DNA of 62,997 nt, filler included, from Folioceros fuciformis (taxonomy: Eukaryota): assembly GCA_049999805.1 (NCBI GenBank). It is 4 parts of 3 records of this genome, joined end to end, with 100 filler letters (N's around TTAATTAATTAA, not from the genome) between each part and the next. Parts side by side here need not be neighbours in the genome. Positions count along the whole stretch, not along the records: positions 1 to 27,866 come from JBNGIO010006173.1; 3 more parts are not named here. One strand, written 5' to 3'. Each line of letters starts with the position of its first letter. Within the stretch, counting starts at the first letter, position 1. The translations under genes and the position numbers were made by a program. Positions 1 to 14,510 of this stretch are shown here, in pieces. The notes under the pieces were generated by a model, which saw nothing but the letters and a program-made list of their open reading frames with translations, was not told the DNA's origin and ran no database searches.

Positions 1-118
1 CCTCTATGCCATTCTGCCCCAACTCTAATCTGTCATTGAAACTATTCTGTACAGAGATGCACATGCAATACTTCACCTGCCGAAACGAGGTATACATCCC
101 AACCTCTTTCGACCGAAC

Positions 119-3100
119 TCAAGCTCTCTCCAATCCTGTGGCATCAGGAGAGGTAGGCCGCTTTTGCGTTGGGGAATTTTGTTGAGTTCTTTGCAAGGGC
201 TTCAACTCTTGCATTATATCTGCAAAGGAAGGTCTTGCTTTCGGATCCCTGCAGAAACAAACAGCGAGTTAGGGTTCTTCACTTCTCATTCCTGCGCAAC
301 CTCAACAATACACCAGGTAAACGAACACTTACATTCTCCAACAGGCCTGAATGATAGCTGCAATAGATGGGTCTACAGAATCGGGAATAGGGAGTCGTCT
401 ATGCTGGAAACCAACAGCACCAACGACCTGCCAAAACAATCCCCACCGTGAACATTAGTTGATTTATCACCATGCCTGCACCACGCTTTTTCTCCTACTC
501 AACAAATCACATAACATAATCACCAGTCTTCTCTCACCTGTATGGGACTCAACCCGGCCCAAGGCACTTGCAACGTTGCCAACTCCCACAAGATCACCCC
601 AAAACTGTAGATATCCGACCTGCAGACATAAAACACAGGTGAACAAAGGACGCTCTAAACACAATCCGAAATTGCTTTAGTCAACCCAATAAGAGAGCAC
701 ATACTTTTCATCAGAAGGCTCGTTTCGCAACACTTCTGGCGCCATCCATTCAGGCTGAAAGGTACATAGAGATTAGAGGTTGTGAGTTAAACCGATTAAC
801 CCAAGATATAAAAGATTGACTGAAAAAAACGAGATTTACGAGTGCTGTCAAATTCGAAGGACCTACCGTTCCAGCGCTGGACTTGGATGACAGAAATGTG
901 CTGCTTTTCTGGCGTGATAGACCAAAGTCACATACCTGCACCAAGATGGTGAAGTACATTTGAGAATCGTGCATCAATGCAAACCAAAAAAATATCCAGA
1001 ATTGCAATCCTTATAATTCTAAGTTCTGGAAAAGGCCATCCATACCTTGACAGTCCAATTCTTGTCCACTAACAGATTTGGAGACTTCAAATCCCGGTGC
1101 ACGACAGGAGGGGAACATCTGTGCAGATAGTTCATGCCTTTCACCTGTGCGGAAGACACAACAGTCAGGACCTCTCCTCCAGGCCAGTTAAAGTCATCAA
1201 GCTCTTCTACTCCAACCAGTGAAGAAACTTCTATGCAACGACAAAGCTAACAACAACCACAGCCATATCTCATTCAGGAGGTCTTCAAAAAACAGACCAC
1301 ATCCAGTGCCATGCGGATGCGACGCCGTTCATCCAACTCACGGTTCGGTCGGTGGAGCAGTCTGAACAGACTCCCCCTGAAGACAAAACAATCACATAAG
1401 CATCCAAAGAAATACAACCGTTAACCACAACTCACCATCCTGGTCAAGCCTACTGCCCTCACCTTGGGCAGAATTCTGTAACAATTGACAAATTTGGAGG
1501 CTTCATAACAGCACCCATGAACAACACTATGTTGGGATGCCGAAGCCGACGCATGATAGCAACCTGCATCACGACCAAGACCAATAAGAACATGCAATAA
1601 TATGACCCACGGAGACAACTACATGTAATGGTAGATGGACTAGACCCTTACCTCACTGCGGAACTCTTCTAAAGCCTCAAGCTTCAAATCCTGATCAAGG
1701 AACACTTTCACAGCCACATCCTGCATGTAGTCACAAGCTCTCGATCAATACACAACACCATGAGATATCAAATATATAAGCACCGACTGTACGCTCCAAC
1801 TTACCGAGCCTTGCCAATCTCCTCTATACACTTTTCCATAAGAACCTGCCCATGCACCACAGTATCCAATCATACATATCAGCTACAAGGCCGGGGAATA
1901 CCATCGATCAAATAGCACAAACAGTAACGGCTAAACAAATCTACATGCTGTACAATCATGCCAACTTCACATACCTTGGCCGATTCTCTCTCCAATAGAC
2001 ATGTCCTCCCAAGGAATCTCAAAATCTTCTGCATTTACCAGCATTCGCTTTACAACACTACTTTTTAGAGTGTTGCTCGCTCCTCCAGATTCAATGTAGT
2101 GACGCATATCCTCTATGGCCCACCTTCCCGTATCAACCCTGGGACTTCCATCATCCGGACGACCTGCTTCAACAGGACTTACTTCCAGCTCCTGACCATT
2201 ATGTCCCTCGGGGGTGCCTGCTCCATTCACGCCTTCTGCTGCTCCCTGTCCAACTATCGGCATGTCTTCAACAACGTTCTTGCAGAAACCTTCATCATGG
2301 TCGTCGCCCACATTTCCAACCGGTCCCACCTGTTCTTCTTCTGGCACACCTCTTGCAAACGGGATCTGCCACTTCCCTTCATTTTCAACGGGCAACTCCG
2401 ATACAGTACCATTGGGTTCTATCACAGTTGTTATAAATGCAATGTTAGATACTGCGGGCACACTCACTTTCACTTGTTCACCCGCTGCTCTAGGACTGGA
2501 AACAGCAGAGCTTCCAAGCTCCGGCCGAGCCCAGTCCATCACAGATATACTACTCCCGGCAAAGGGACTTGCTCTATCAAATTGTAAGGGTGACGAGATC
2601 ACAGCAGGTGGAGCAGATAGTCTAGCATCAGGGGGCATTATTTGCCCAGCGTTAGCGAGCAAATCAATCATCCATTCCCTGCAAGATGGCAATGAAATAG
2701 AGAAACAGGTCAGTAAGAAAACAAATTAGATTCACTTTAGATGATGAGCAGAACTGTCAACGCATTGTAAGTAGAAGGTACGAACATTGACTACGACTTA
2801 CTTATCATCACCACATTTGACGACCACCATGGCATCATCTTCCTTTCCACAATAAGAGCTGCCACGGACAAGCCGACAAGACAATCCCACACTGTCTGCC
2901 AAAACCTGCAAAAGTTGAGAGGATGTCAAGATACATTCCGCAAGACCTCACATACAAATAGTCAACATACAAATAGGACGAGTTCCGCTGACCTTAAACA
3001 ATAGTGCACGATGGCGGCAGAGTCCGGTTTTCAGCTTGCCAATGGGTAGCACGATACTGGACACGACCTGCATCACCTGAGCACTACAAGACTTCCAAGC

Positions 3101-5410
3101 CGGTAGAAGAACTTCATCGGATGCAACAGCACCACCCATAACAGATGCAACCATCTTCCCAAGTTTCCTTGCAAGATCAAGAACTTCCGTGCAGTCGTAT
3201 GCAAGACTGACGGCTTTATCCTCCAGCTCACATAGTTCTGGGTCCAAACTCCTATCAACTAGAACAACTTCAAACACAGCGTCCGCCGGATGGACAGAAC
3301 GCAAAGACTCCAGAGGGGGCATGCGACCCAACTCATTGGAATCCGTACACATGCTCCAGACATAGGGACTCATGCCCCATATCTCGAAAAAACCATCCTC
3401 AACATGGTCATCGTAACTGAGACAATTGCTCACCTGAAGACAACAGAACACTACGTTAACAACGAAAATTTCAAGGGAAATTGTAGAATGAGCGACAAAA
3501 GGCTAGCCTGATTTCCACATACCCAATATCTGTAAGCAATTGATTCAATCTTGCTGACTCCCGGCATCATACGTGTACTTCCAATCGGACCCCTTAGATT
3601 GGCAACAAGATCTGGATCATCAATTGCTGCAGCCTCCGCAGCAACACGCAAGGCTAATGCCAATTGAAGTTGGAAATCCTCTTCCGCTTGTTGAAAGTTG
3701 ACACCGCCACTTGCCACAGCCGACAATGCACCACTGTTTGCCACACTCCCGTTTGGGCTTCCTGCAACAGATGCAGCCATAGGACTTCCACCAGTAGAGC
3801 CGCTCGAAGTTCTGGAAAGAACATTAACATCACCCAACGGGAGACCCAGAGAAGGAGTAGATACTGGCGAGGCTGTAGCAACATGTTCATGGTGATGACT
3901 GCACGACTCAGATGCAGCGTGTGTCCAAGAGCGTTGCCCTGAGTCAGAGAGCATATGCTCTCTCATGTCCAGAGAGCAATCATCCCTGTAAGAAAATCTG
4001 GATTGACTGGAACCTGATTCACTGCTATACATACGCTGCTCTTTACCCTTCGGTTGTTGGGATTGAGCATACGAATCACCTGAACTCCTGTACCCTCTGA
4101 AATTAAATTTTCGTAAAATTTGTTGAACTGAAGTACATCCAAGCCGTTGCTGCGAAAACACAAACCAAACCAGTAGTATGCGGTTCAGCTGAAGCGCAGG
4201 CAAGCAAGCAAATAACTGAAGCAACAAGGGCAACATAAGAGTGAGGGCTTGCACATACCAGCAGGCTTTTGCTGCTTCCCTTATTGGAGTCATCTGTAGC
4301 CTGAGATGCATCCGTAGGAACCCTTGGATGTGCATCCGCAGCCCATGGGGACCACCTGCCCTGATCATCTTCGTCGCAGCATCTACCGTCGAGGTCAGCC
4401 TTAGGCCACTCATTCGAATAAGCCCGACTGAGAGAACTCTTATCTGTGTTGATGGACTTGGCGTCGATGGAAGAGCCAATCACGCCAACGATAGTCCCGT
4501 TATCGTCCACGATCGGAGACTTGGTGACAACAGTATCCAATACAACACCATCTCTTCGCAAGCAAGGATAGCGGCCGGTCCAAGAATCGCCTTGACCCAC
4601 GCGGCTGATGATGTCCGCCGCCTCCTTAATGAGCCTGGAAGGGATGAGCACATTGAGCACACTAACCCCAACCACTTCCTCCCCCCTCCAGCCGTACAAT
4701 GTCTCCGCCGCGCGGTTCCTGCACTCAAAGAAGGAAAATGAGAGGTAGCACAAGGTCGTGCTGCGGTTAAGGCAAGAGCGTGGCAGGAGGCCAACCCACC
4801 AAAACGTGATGATTCCTTGCAGGTCGGTGCAAATGACGGCCTGGCCGAAGGACTGCAGCAGATTGAGCTCCCTCACATTGGCGGATTTCCTGAAAGTGGG
4901 CGCGGCCGCAGCCTCCTGCGCCGCCCCGTGCTGCCGTAGCTGGGGATGCTGCTGCTCGTCACCCTCAGCAGCGTGGTTGGGAGTGGCAGGCCGCTGCAAC
5001 TGATGCCTGCGTTGCCTCCGGTCTGCGAGACTCCAGTCCGCTCTTCGGGAGTGAGGGCGGGGGGACTGCGAGCGGCCCCGCCGCTGGCCATCGGAAGAAG
5101 CCAACTGGTCCAGCTGCCGGTCGCTGGGACTCCGCCGCATCCATGGCTCAGATTTCCTGCGGGGTGAATACGCACCATAGGCCGGGTAGCCACCGTGAGC
5201 CGGGTGCAGAGGTGAGCGGCTGGCAACAGAGCCCGAGCGGGGCGAGGCGGCGGAATCGCCCACAAATCTATGCCTGTGGGCGTAAGCGGCGCTGCAGTTT
5301 TCATGGTTGGACAGCAATTCCCACCCTTCCGACTCCAAGGAGGCCGAATACATGTCCACGCCCACGCCCACGCCCTGCCTGAAACCGTTGAAGCGATAGA
5401 GGTCCACCAT
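119..5410 (-). CDS. ANR: PAS + EDR1 + Raf-like kinase (group B3 MAPKKK; ANR/ARK/CTR1L type), multi-exon
   Basis: PAS segment [33 protein letters not shown]1 segment [16 protein letters not shown]...[17 protein letters not shown]; kinase exons [51 protein letters not shown] junctions; stop TGA at 119-121; ATG at 5410 assumed. Confidence 0.9.
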
Positions 5411-7227
5411 CCTACTCCTACCCAACAGGAGCCTGCGAAATGCTCTTGAATGAAGCTAAGCTAGTGATGGCGTGGTGGTCGGCGAATTCAGTCCTTGGAG
5501 TGTCCTGTGAGACGGAGCTGTCCCAAGTCGCATTCACCCCCACCCAACGGCAACACCAACGACAGCGATGCGCGTCGAGTCCAGGCGTCCATGTCCTCCG
5601 TGAGCACAAGCGAGCGGTAGCCGGTGCGGGCCGGGCAGAGCTGGGCCGGAACTCAGTGACAAAGCAGAGCAGAGCCGCAGCCGGGGCGGCCTCTACACGA
5701 GTCACGTATCGGCACAGCGGCCGGGCGAAAGGCAGAGGAAGATGATGGAATCTTGAAGGTAGAACTTGGTGGGGTGGTGGAACTGCGTAGTGGCTGGGCT
5801 CCTGCCCGATCCGTCGCGGTCTAAACCGCCTTTAGAGTACATGTTGCAGACGATAATGACCCTGTCCTTGGGGTTGGCCATGGCAGCAGATCATCCTCCG
5901 GCTAAACTGACCCTGCACTCATCGATCCTCACAGCTCAGCCCCACGGATAGGCACGGACAGCGTGACTCCACTTACCGACTCCTCTGTGTCGGCCCTCAG
6001 GGAGGAGGAGGGGAAGGCAAGGAGGGAACAGGAAGCACCAAGACGCGAAGGGAGAAAGGCAGGAAGGAAGGGCAAGCAGGCTGACTTCGGGGCCACGGCA
6101 CTGTCAATGGTATTATCCTCACACAGCTACGCCTGCATGTCACGACCGCCACACCAGCAACACCAAGAACACAACACGAACAACCAGAAGGCAAAGAAGG
6201 GAGAGGAGGAGCGAAGGCAGCGGCAGACGCGGAGCAGCAGGTGCGAGGTCTCAGAGAGTGAGAGCAGATTTGCAGACCTTGGACGGGCGACCGCGATGTA
6301 CGAGGAGTGTGCGACCGAGGCGGAGCATCGTTCGGTGCCGGATATGGCAAGCGCTTGGTCAGCCTGTCACTGCAACTGTACCAAGGAGCGCACAGTTTCT
6401 TCTCCACCTTCCCACTGGGGCTTCGCGGCACCAGCCCATAGCCTGCTGTCGATCTCGATCTCACTCTCGCTCTGTGTCTCGCTGCCAGTCCCAGTCCCAG
6501 TCCCGCGCCCAGCAGCTGGACGTACACTGCATACGTCAGTCCCTCGCCGGCGCCCACCGGCTCAAACGGGCCCCAGCATCAACTCATCAACTTGCACACT
6601 GCGCACGTCACATGCGTCTTCCCCTCCTCTGGATATTCTCTCTCTACCCCTCCAACTTCCACTTCCACCGCATACAGGCCTTCTACTTTTTACACCAGCC
6701 CTAACTCGTCNNNNNNNNNNNNNNNNNNNNNNNNNNNNNNNNNNNNNNNNNNNNNNNNNNNNNNNNNNNNNNNNNNNNNNNNNNNNNNNNNNNNNNNNNN
6801 NNNNNNNNNNCTGAACACTTTCTCCCCCCATCCCCCTTTCCCGGATTTGTACAATTTCCTCTCCGCCTTTCTTTGCCTTCCACCGCCCCCCACTTGCTGC
6901 GTACCCGACACCTTCCCATCTTCCGTGCTGCCAGATTTGGAGGTCCCAGGATCGTATCACATCTAATAACACCTCCACATGTGCTGGAACCATTCCTTCA
7001 CCGCCACTTCACTTTTGCTTATCCTTTTCCTTTTTCCGTCACTGGATGCTTCATTCAATTGTTTGTTTCTTTGTTTCTTTCCCTGTTTCTCGTCTCCTGT
7101 TCCTGGTTCCGATCCCCAGCAACTGACCCCGCTTCAGAAAGCTTTCTGTCCGTGTCTCTTCTGCTCCCCTCCCTTCTTTGTGCCCTCAAGATCACAGATA
7201 TAGTTGTATTTCCTTCAACAATCAAAG

Positions 7228-10200
7228 ATGGCGGAACGAAGGAAGTCGGTGTCCGAAGTATGCATGCCGGTGAGGTGTCATGTGTACTTGCACTCCCTTT
7301 TCAGTGGAAAAATGTCATGAACTCATAGACAAGTGATGAGGACGGACTATCTTGCAGCCTCCAAGGGAGAGACTTGACCATCCAAAATTCATGGATGAAA
7401 AAGAACCTCCTCGCTACGATGTTATGGGAAAGGTGGATGAAACCAAGAAAGGAGGAATGGATTGTCCATGCAATGGTGCATGTGGGTGCGACGAGGATGA
7501 GTGTGGCTATCAAATTGCTTGGCTGAAATATGACCATCAGGTTTGAAGTGGAATGGAAATGAGCTTAGGGATGAGCTGAGAGACCAGATCAAGTGAGTCT
7601 TGATTCTTGCTCTTGCTCTTCTTGACATGCTCAATAAAATATCATAGGTGTTGCGTTTCTTTGGGTTTTTCAAAGAAGCAGTTGATGAGAGGAGAGAAGA
7701 GAATTGGCGACTACGCAAGTGTACAATCTACTATTACCTTGAAGATGGCACCATACAAATTATTGTAGGACCATTTCATACTCCATAGCCTAATCCAATC
7801 ACAAATGGAGCCTCACTCTAAATGAAACCTAATGTACATATCTTTGCAGGAACCTAAAGAACGGGATAGTGGGCTCTTGCAAGTATGTTTTTCTCTTCTT
7901 TGACTCTCAAGATACAAAATTTTTGTTTCCAAATTATGAAGACTTATGCTTTACACTCACAATCACAACAGGGAGCCTTTCTCAAGAGACATAGAGTGAC
8001 CAAACATCCAGAAACCTCCGAGTGCATCACTTTGGAAGACTTTAAGCTAGGGGGGAACATTAGCATGTATGGATACACAATTCATTTATGCCAATGTGAC
8101 CCCTTCACAAGGGTAAAGACCCCATAATCTTTTTTAACAAAATAATAAATATTGTTGAAAAATAAAAAAAATAAATGAAACATTTTCTAAAAACCAGAGA
8201 TACATGCTAAAACATGGATATGATATTGGTTCTGAAGAAGCCTTCCCAGGGGAACCTATTGAATCTTGGCGCAAAAGTTTAGAACATCATAAAAGTCCAT
8301 ATATTTATAACACGGCCAGGCAACAATTTTTGGACAACGATGGCAAAGTCCTAAGATTTTACTGCATATGGGATGATCGTGAAAGCCTTTATGGTGATCG
8401 TCGCCCTTATGTAAGTACATGATATCATGCCAAAGTCGTAGCCAATGCATTTGTTCATATATAATAATAATGAAACGAGAGCTGGATTGAATTTATATTC
8501 CATGAGATATACCATATCAAATACTTACTCATTAGTAGTGGTAATGAATGATCAAACTATGTTAGCTTTGATTTAATAGATTCTACACTATTTTCTTGGA
8601 GATGATACCATAGAAGTATGTGAAATCAATGAGCGGAACCGAGGAGCTGATCATTATGCAATGTTACTCCAACGATGTAGATTACCAAAAGAAATTCCTC
8701 AAGGCATTATTGGTAAATGTTGAGTACAGAAATAAGTATAGCATGCAAGATTCATTTACTCTGGCTTCAGCTTTAGTTACAGTTGGTTATACATTTTTGT
8801 GCATTCAGGACCGGAATTAGTGGCTCCAAAGCCCAAATCCAAATATTATCATGAGAGTGATTTGCATGTTGGCAGCTACATCAAAATTTATGGGAGAGAT
8901 ATGTTGCTTCATGACTGTGATGACTACACGAGAAATTATTACATGAAAAAATGGAACGTATCAAAGGAGATGCTTGAGCCAGTTTTTGTGCAGGTTTGTA
9001 GAGGATGGATTTAAAGATGTGGTTGGTGATTAAGTTAAGTCACTCAGGAGATAGAATAAAATGAAATATATACCAGGAACTACCTCCTGTGCTAGCACGC
9101 CCAGCAGTTCCACCCCATAATGGATGGGGAAGGATAGAGGATAGCTTGATGAATGTTACTCACTTAGTGCCGCGTGCTCCTTACATTGATTGGGATAAAT
9201 GGATCAACAATGACGGAAAGGTTAGTGAAGCAATAACATGGTGGCTTGATTGATGTTTGCCACCCACCTAGATGGACATTGCTGTTGATAGAGTTGAAAA
9301 GTGGTGCACACTGCAATCACTGCTGCAGTGTTTGAGCTTTATTGGAAAAATGATTGAAGATGTTGATCACAAACTTGAGCCTTCAATGCAAGATCGATTT
9401 ATGATCATTCAGGTATGGTTATAAGATCAAAGCGTTGAAGTAAGATTAGTCGATTGTAAATGAGATGTGATCGGAAGCATATTTGTACTACTGTTGCATG
9501 GACTTCTTGCAATGGTACATTAGTATGGTTTATGAAAGTTGAGTCATTAATAAGTGGAATGTGATAGAGGGATCTCATGTTAGAGCATGTGTTCATTTCT
9601 TTTTTGGTTTAAAATTTTTTTTTTCAAAATTTTATGATGATAGTTNNNNNNNNNNNNNNNNNNNNNNNNNNNNNNNNNNNNNNNNNNNNNNNNNNNNNNN
9701 NNNNNNNNNNNNNNNNNNNNNNNNNNNNNNNNNNNNNNNNNNNNNTCCAACCAACAAACGATACATTGCTAGTGACATGTATGTGGGTGCTGTTATAAAT
9801 TTTCATGACCGAATATTTGAGTTGTTACAAGCAGATGAATTCACATTGAAATGGATGGAGTTGTATCCAAAAGAGTTTGCCAAAGGGAGTTTTGATGCCA
9901 TCATGGCCAAGGTGAGCATGATTGAAATGCTTGGTAGAGCATAGGCATAGGCATCTTTGGAAGACAAGTGACTTCAATCAAGATAAATACTATTGTGCTT
10001 GGTATCAGATAAAGTCTGCGATAAGAAACATGTCGGACGAAGAGCTTGAGGACATGCACAAATCGTTCCCCGACAACCGAACAGGGTAAGGAATTTGAGA
10101 GCATGGATGGAGGGGGGGTTTAAGGAGTGACGTTGTGGAAGGAGGAAGGAAGGAAGGAGTTAATGCGATGAGGTTGTTATGTACGCGTACTTGGAGTGCA

Positions 10201-10367
10201 GGTTGAAGACGTTGATTCCCGTAGCAGACGTGATGAGGAAGGCGAAGATCGACCTTGTGGCTCACGAGTACATCACGCTGGAAAGGCACTTCGGGGAGAA
10301 CAAGGATAAACTGTTTGAGCACATCTACACGACGGTGCAAGAGCTGAGGTTTTCACGAGGTGGTTGA
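7228..10367 (+). CDS. EFHC1: EFHC1/Rib72-like axonemal protein with DM10 domains, multi-exon, one sequencing gap (9646-9745)
   Basis: DM10 motifs DHQ|VLRFFGFFKEAVDE..CTIYYYLEDGT, DGKVLRFYCIWDDRESLYGDRRPY|ILHYFLGDDT, DLHVGSYIKIYGRDMLLHDCDDYTR, DMYVGAVINFHDRIFELLQADEFT; start codon inferred. Confidence 0.88.
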
Positions 10368-11793
10368 TACGCAACTTTTTCCTTTCTCCCAAGTGGCCGG
10401 TGCTGGTCGCAAGTCTTGAACGGAGCCGGTGCACCGGTCCTGCGCAAGGATCTCGGCACGGTCAGCAGATTTGTTTTGTGGCAGCGTGACGCGACAAGAG
10501 ATGTGCAGGCCCTGGCCTGTGCCTGCGCCTCTTCCTGTTCCGTGGCTGAATGATGTTAGATGAGCAGCGCATTAGCGTCTTGAACGGGGCGCCACCTGCC
10601 TCGCTGCGTGCCGCACCCTCTCCAGGGCCTCACAAGCAGCGACACCTGCGAACGGTCCCGGCGTGGCCAGCCGCACGACCACGAACGGGAGGGGCCTAGC
10701 AAGGGTTTGTTTTGTCACGGACTCACGCACGGAGAGGAGGAGGAGGAGGACGAGACGGAGAGGGAGACGGAGACGGCGACGGCGACCTGCTTGCTCTTTG
10801 CGATAAGTCCTGTGCGCAAACCTCATCTGGCCACGCCGACGCTCGCCCCAATTGCGTTTTTTTTTTTTTACCACTTCGAACGGCCTCCATGTGACGTTCC
10901 TGACGCCGAGCAAGCTTCTGCACTTGCAGCCACCACCGGCACCGGCCGGTCGCGTCATCGGCTTCGCACCGGCACCGGTCTCTGGGCCTAGGGGCGTGGG
11001 GGCCTGGGGCCAGGCGAGATCAGATCTCCTTCCGGCGCAAGACTGGGCCAGCCTGGTGAACTGGTGGTTGCTGTGGCCATGTCATGTGCACAGCACGTTT
11101 CACGGTATGTATGTACCACCAAGGTTTCGCGCACTGCACTGCCTGGCCTCGCCTCGCCTCGCCTCTCCAGGACGCATATGCTGATGTCACTCGACAACCC
11201 GAATACTGGGATTTTCTTTCGTCTCCAACCCCCGGATTCCCGCATAACTGCCGGCCACTACCACACCACCAGGGGAAGTAGCATCTCCTATTCGTGACTC
11301 TCAGTGCCTCGACTGCTCCAGAACTGCTCTGCTGCCTGCTGCACCTGCCCTGCACAAACTACATCGTAACTTTTTACATCTCGAATCAACAAATATTCCA
11401 TATACGAAAGACCGTCAAGGCCCCCGCCCCACTGAACATTCACAGTCGCCCGGGCCCGGGACCGGGGCTGGGACCATGGAAGGAAGGGACTTCTTCCCCA
11501 TATCCCCCGGGAGAGCACAAGCAAACAGCTGGGCACCCAGGATGCCATGGCTATAATCGTCCCGATTCCATCACTGGACTCTCTCCCTGACCAGCAGATT
11601 CACGATTTAAGTTAAAAATCTTCCTACTATGTGTACACTTGATGCAAGCCTGCTTTGGATGCCCCGATTCCAACGGCTCTGCAGAGCTACTATGCGAAAC
11701 AGCTACCCAGTACAGGTGTCCGGGAACCGCCCCTGCTCCACCACCGTCTGGACCCAAAACGGGGGATAATCTGGGACTGCGTGATCGGATTCC

Positions 11794-14510
11794 CTACGAC
11801 TCGGTGGCGAATGGCACGCGGACGCAGAGTTGCCCGTGTAGGGTCACTACCGCCGAAGTGCTGTGGGCGTCGATCCTCGAGGGCAAACTGATCACCTGCC
11901 ATACCATCCCCACTAAGCTTTTATCTCACACACGTCCAAACTTGAAACGGACTCGAGACTACAGCAGACAACGGACCAGCACTCACGTGTGCGGGACCAC
12001 CCACCTTCCTGAAGGCCGTCACTCCCCATGGATTGTTCGGGTGCTCTGGCTCGCCCGCAATAACAAGTCTGCCTCCAGCTTCGCACTGAATTCGGACCTG
12101 TTGGCATATGCAACCAAGTGAGACACGCAACCCTACCTTCACCACCACAACTCTGCAAGACAACTAGGGCTAAGGGAAAGTGACACTTACCTCCTCTCGC
12201 ACCAGACCCGGAACAAGTGCATACACTTCAAAGCACTCCGGCTGTTCCACATGTGACCTCCAGACATTAGTACTGCACAAAAAAGTCTAGAACACGATGA
12301 TGTCCCATACAAGACAAGGAGGAAAACACTACGGCTCGTGACCCCCCGTCACTGAGAGGTCCACCACCAAAATCCACAATCGAGTTAAGCTGCCCAAGAC
12401 AAGGCCACAGGCAAACGACACCCGTGGCTTGCTTGTGCACACCACCAAGAAATGCGTGTCATCGACCAACCCAACAAACGCAATCACAAGGTCGACTTAC
12501 CGTTCTGTGCACGTTGATCTTCACCCAATCGGCTGGAGGGCCATCATCCACAATTTTCGGGGTTATCTCGACGAAAACTTCACTCTTGCAAATTTTTGCT
12601 GGACGCTGGTCCTTTGAGTTCTTCTTAGTTACGGGTGAAGCTGAATCATGTTTGTCAGCATCATCCACGCCGTTATGGGCTGACCCACTTTCATCTAGGA
12701 AACATGACCTGTCTCTTTTCGATCCAGATTTCACATCCTGATGTAGAGAAGACACTCCTTTCTTGTTCAACGTACCTGCAGAGCCATGAAACTTCAGCAA
12801 GTCTGTACCCCAGAACCTGATGCCATGAATCTAACTCAACCAGCTAGTCACTAGCAAGCAGTGCCTTCCTAAATTTCTGCACACCTTTCTTTAAAGGCTT
12901 GTCCCGCTTCGCTCCCGTGATTCCAGCACCTTTCTCCTGCTTCATGTGAAGAAGTTGGATCAAGAGCATCGTTCATCTATAACCCATACTGGACAAAGCT
13001 TCCTTAACACAACGACCCGAGTTACCTTGCTCGGTTGGTCTGCAGACTCCCCATTGCCATTGCCTTGACGCGAGTGCCAGCCTTGCATGGCTCGTGCAGC
13101 TGCATCACGTCTGGCTCTGCCTTGAACTCCTCCAGAGGAAGGCTGCAACGGGAAACATACTCACAGATTACCTTTCCAGCCTCTAGGGAACTTGTAAGCG
13201 GCGGCTTGGGTAAGCGTGGTGTCACGAGGCATTCCAAGAGTATGTTCGAATAAGTTTAACAGCTGGCAGGACCTGAGAGGAAGGAGTAGTTGGAGAGAGA
13301 GTCCCCTCATCTTTCGTATTTCCTTGTGATTGCTGCTTAGCTCCTCCAGAGGTGCCTCTGGTTACCTTTTCGTAATCCAAGAGACCCTGATAACATTACA
13401 CAATCAAAGAATCAACGGGGGGTGAATCCGAAGCCAAGCGAAACAAAGGAGGCCTGTTCAAAAGAGAATGAGCAAACCTTCTCATAAAAGCCTCGGAATG
13501 ACCACGATACCGTTGTACATGATCTGCAAACGATTCCAACCAGATATAATGAAACGGAGCTTCCACCGGCTCACAAGGTCAAGATCCTGGAAACCCCCAA
13601 GGAATACACAAGCACAATCCACGAGAGCTTCAATACAATGAAGGATTACAGACTTACTTTGGAGGATCAAACAAGGATCCTACTTTGCGCCACAACTTTT
13701 TGACAGTCACCTGCAAGAGCAGATTGTCAGCAGCTGGTGACAAACCTAGGGCATCTATCACAGTGACACCCGTGTAGGCTGATGTTCCACTGATAGCATG
13801 CAGCGACTCCACACGAACTAACTACTACGACCCTTTACACCCAGGGAAAGGAGTCGTCACAGAAAACCTGTAGCCTTTGCAAATAGAAACAAACCAAACT
13901 CAAACGCGCGACATGGTTGAACACACTGCAGCTCCAGTTGACACGGCGTGAGAGACCAACCTGTTCATAGCCTCCCAGTCCATTCACAGCTCTCCAAAGC
14001 CTGCAAGAAAATAACAAGTCATGTTCTGCTCGTTCACTAATATTCGTAAGCAGTAACAATTGTGGCGATTAGGGTATCAGCTAGGAACGATGGCCAAGTC
14101 TGAAGAGAATTTTGGAGTTTCGGACGTGCTTACTTAAGCCAATTCAGATTTTTCGTATAAAACTTGGGAAGCTTGAACTCAACATTTCTTTGTCTGAAGA
14201 AGTTCTCCAACTCATCAACAAACTCCTGCTGTTCCTCGGGAGTGCCACCGATATCCTCACTGCCCTCTTCGTCATTATCAAGCCTCTCCTCATCCTGAGA
14301 TGTGCTAGTGGGCTCAGGCTGTTCCTCCAGCTCATTCAAGCTCTCTTGCGCAGGCTCATCGGTGTAATCCGTTTCACCGTCATCTTGGGTGTCATCATTG
14401 GAAGGGGGGTTCCCACTGGCGGCCTCATCTGAGTTTTCTACTTCCTCCTGCTCGGAGTCATCGATCCCCCCTTGCAGTTCACTGTCACTCCCATCTTCCG
14501 CTTCTGTCAT
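11794..14510 (-). CDS. ARID/BRIGHT DNA-binding protein with C-terminal HSP20-like (alpha-crystallin) domain (plant ARID3/5/6 type)
   Basis: Acidic N-terminus, then GTPEEQQEFVDELENFFRQRNVEFKLPKFY..LWRAVNGLGGYEQ (ARID); DDGPPADWVKINVHRT, FEVYALVPGL, GRLVIAGEPEHPNNPWGVTAFRK, TSAVVTLHGQLCVRVPF (ACD); in-frame stop just upstream of ATG 14510. Confidence 0.9.

Noticed and set aside
5963-6814. 283-aa plus-strand ORF
   Set aside because: Low-complexity, GC-rich sequence antisense to the probable ANR leader; no domain; runs into a gap.
10572-11350. Overlapping GC-rich ORFs and a possible miRNA locus
   Set aside because: Driven by microsatellites; only a 10-nt partial match to miR408 (tgcactgcct) and no convincing hairpin.
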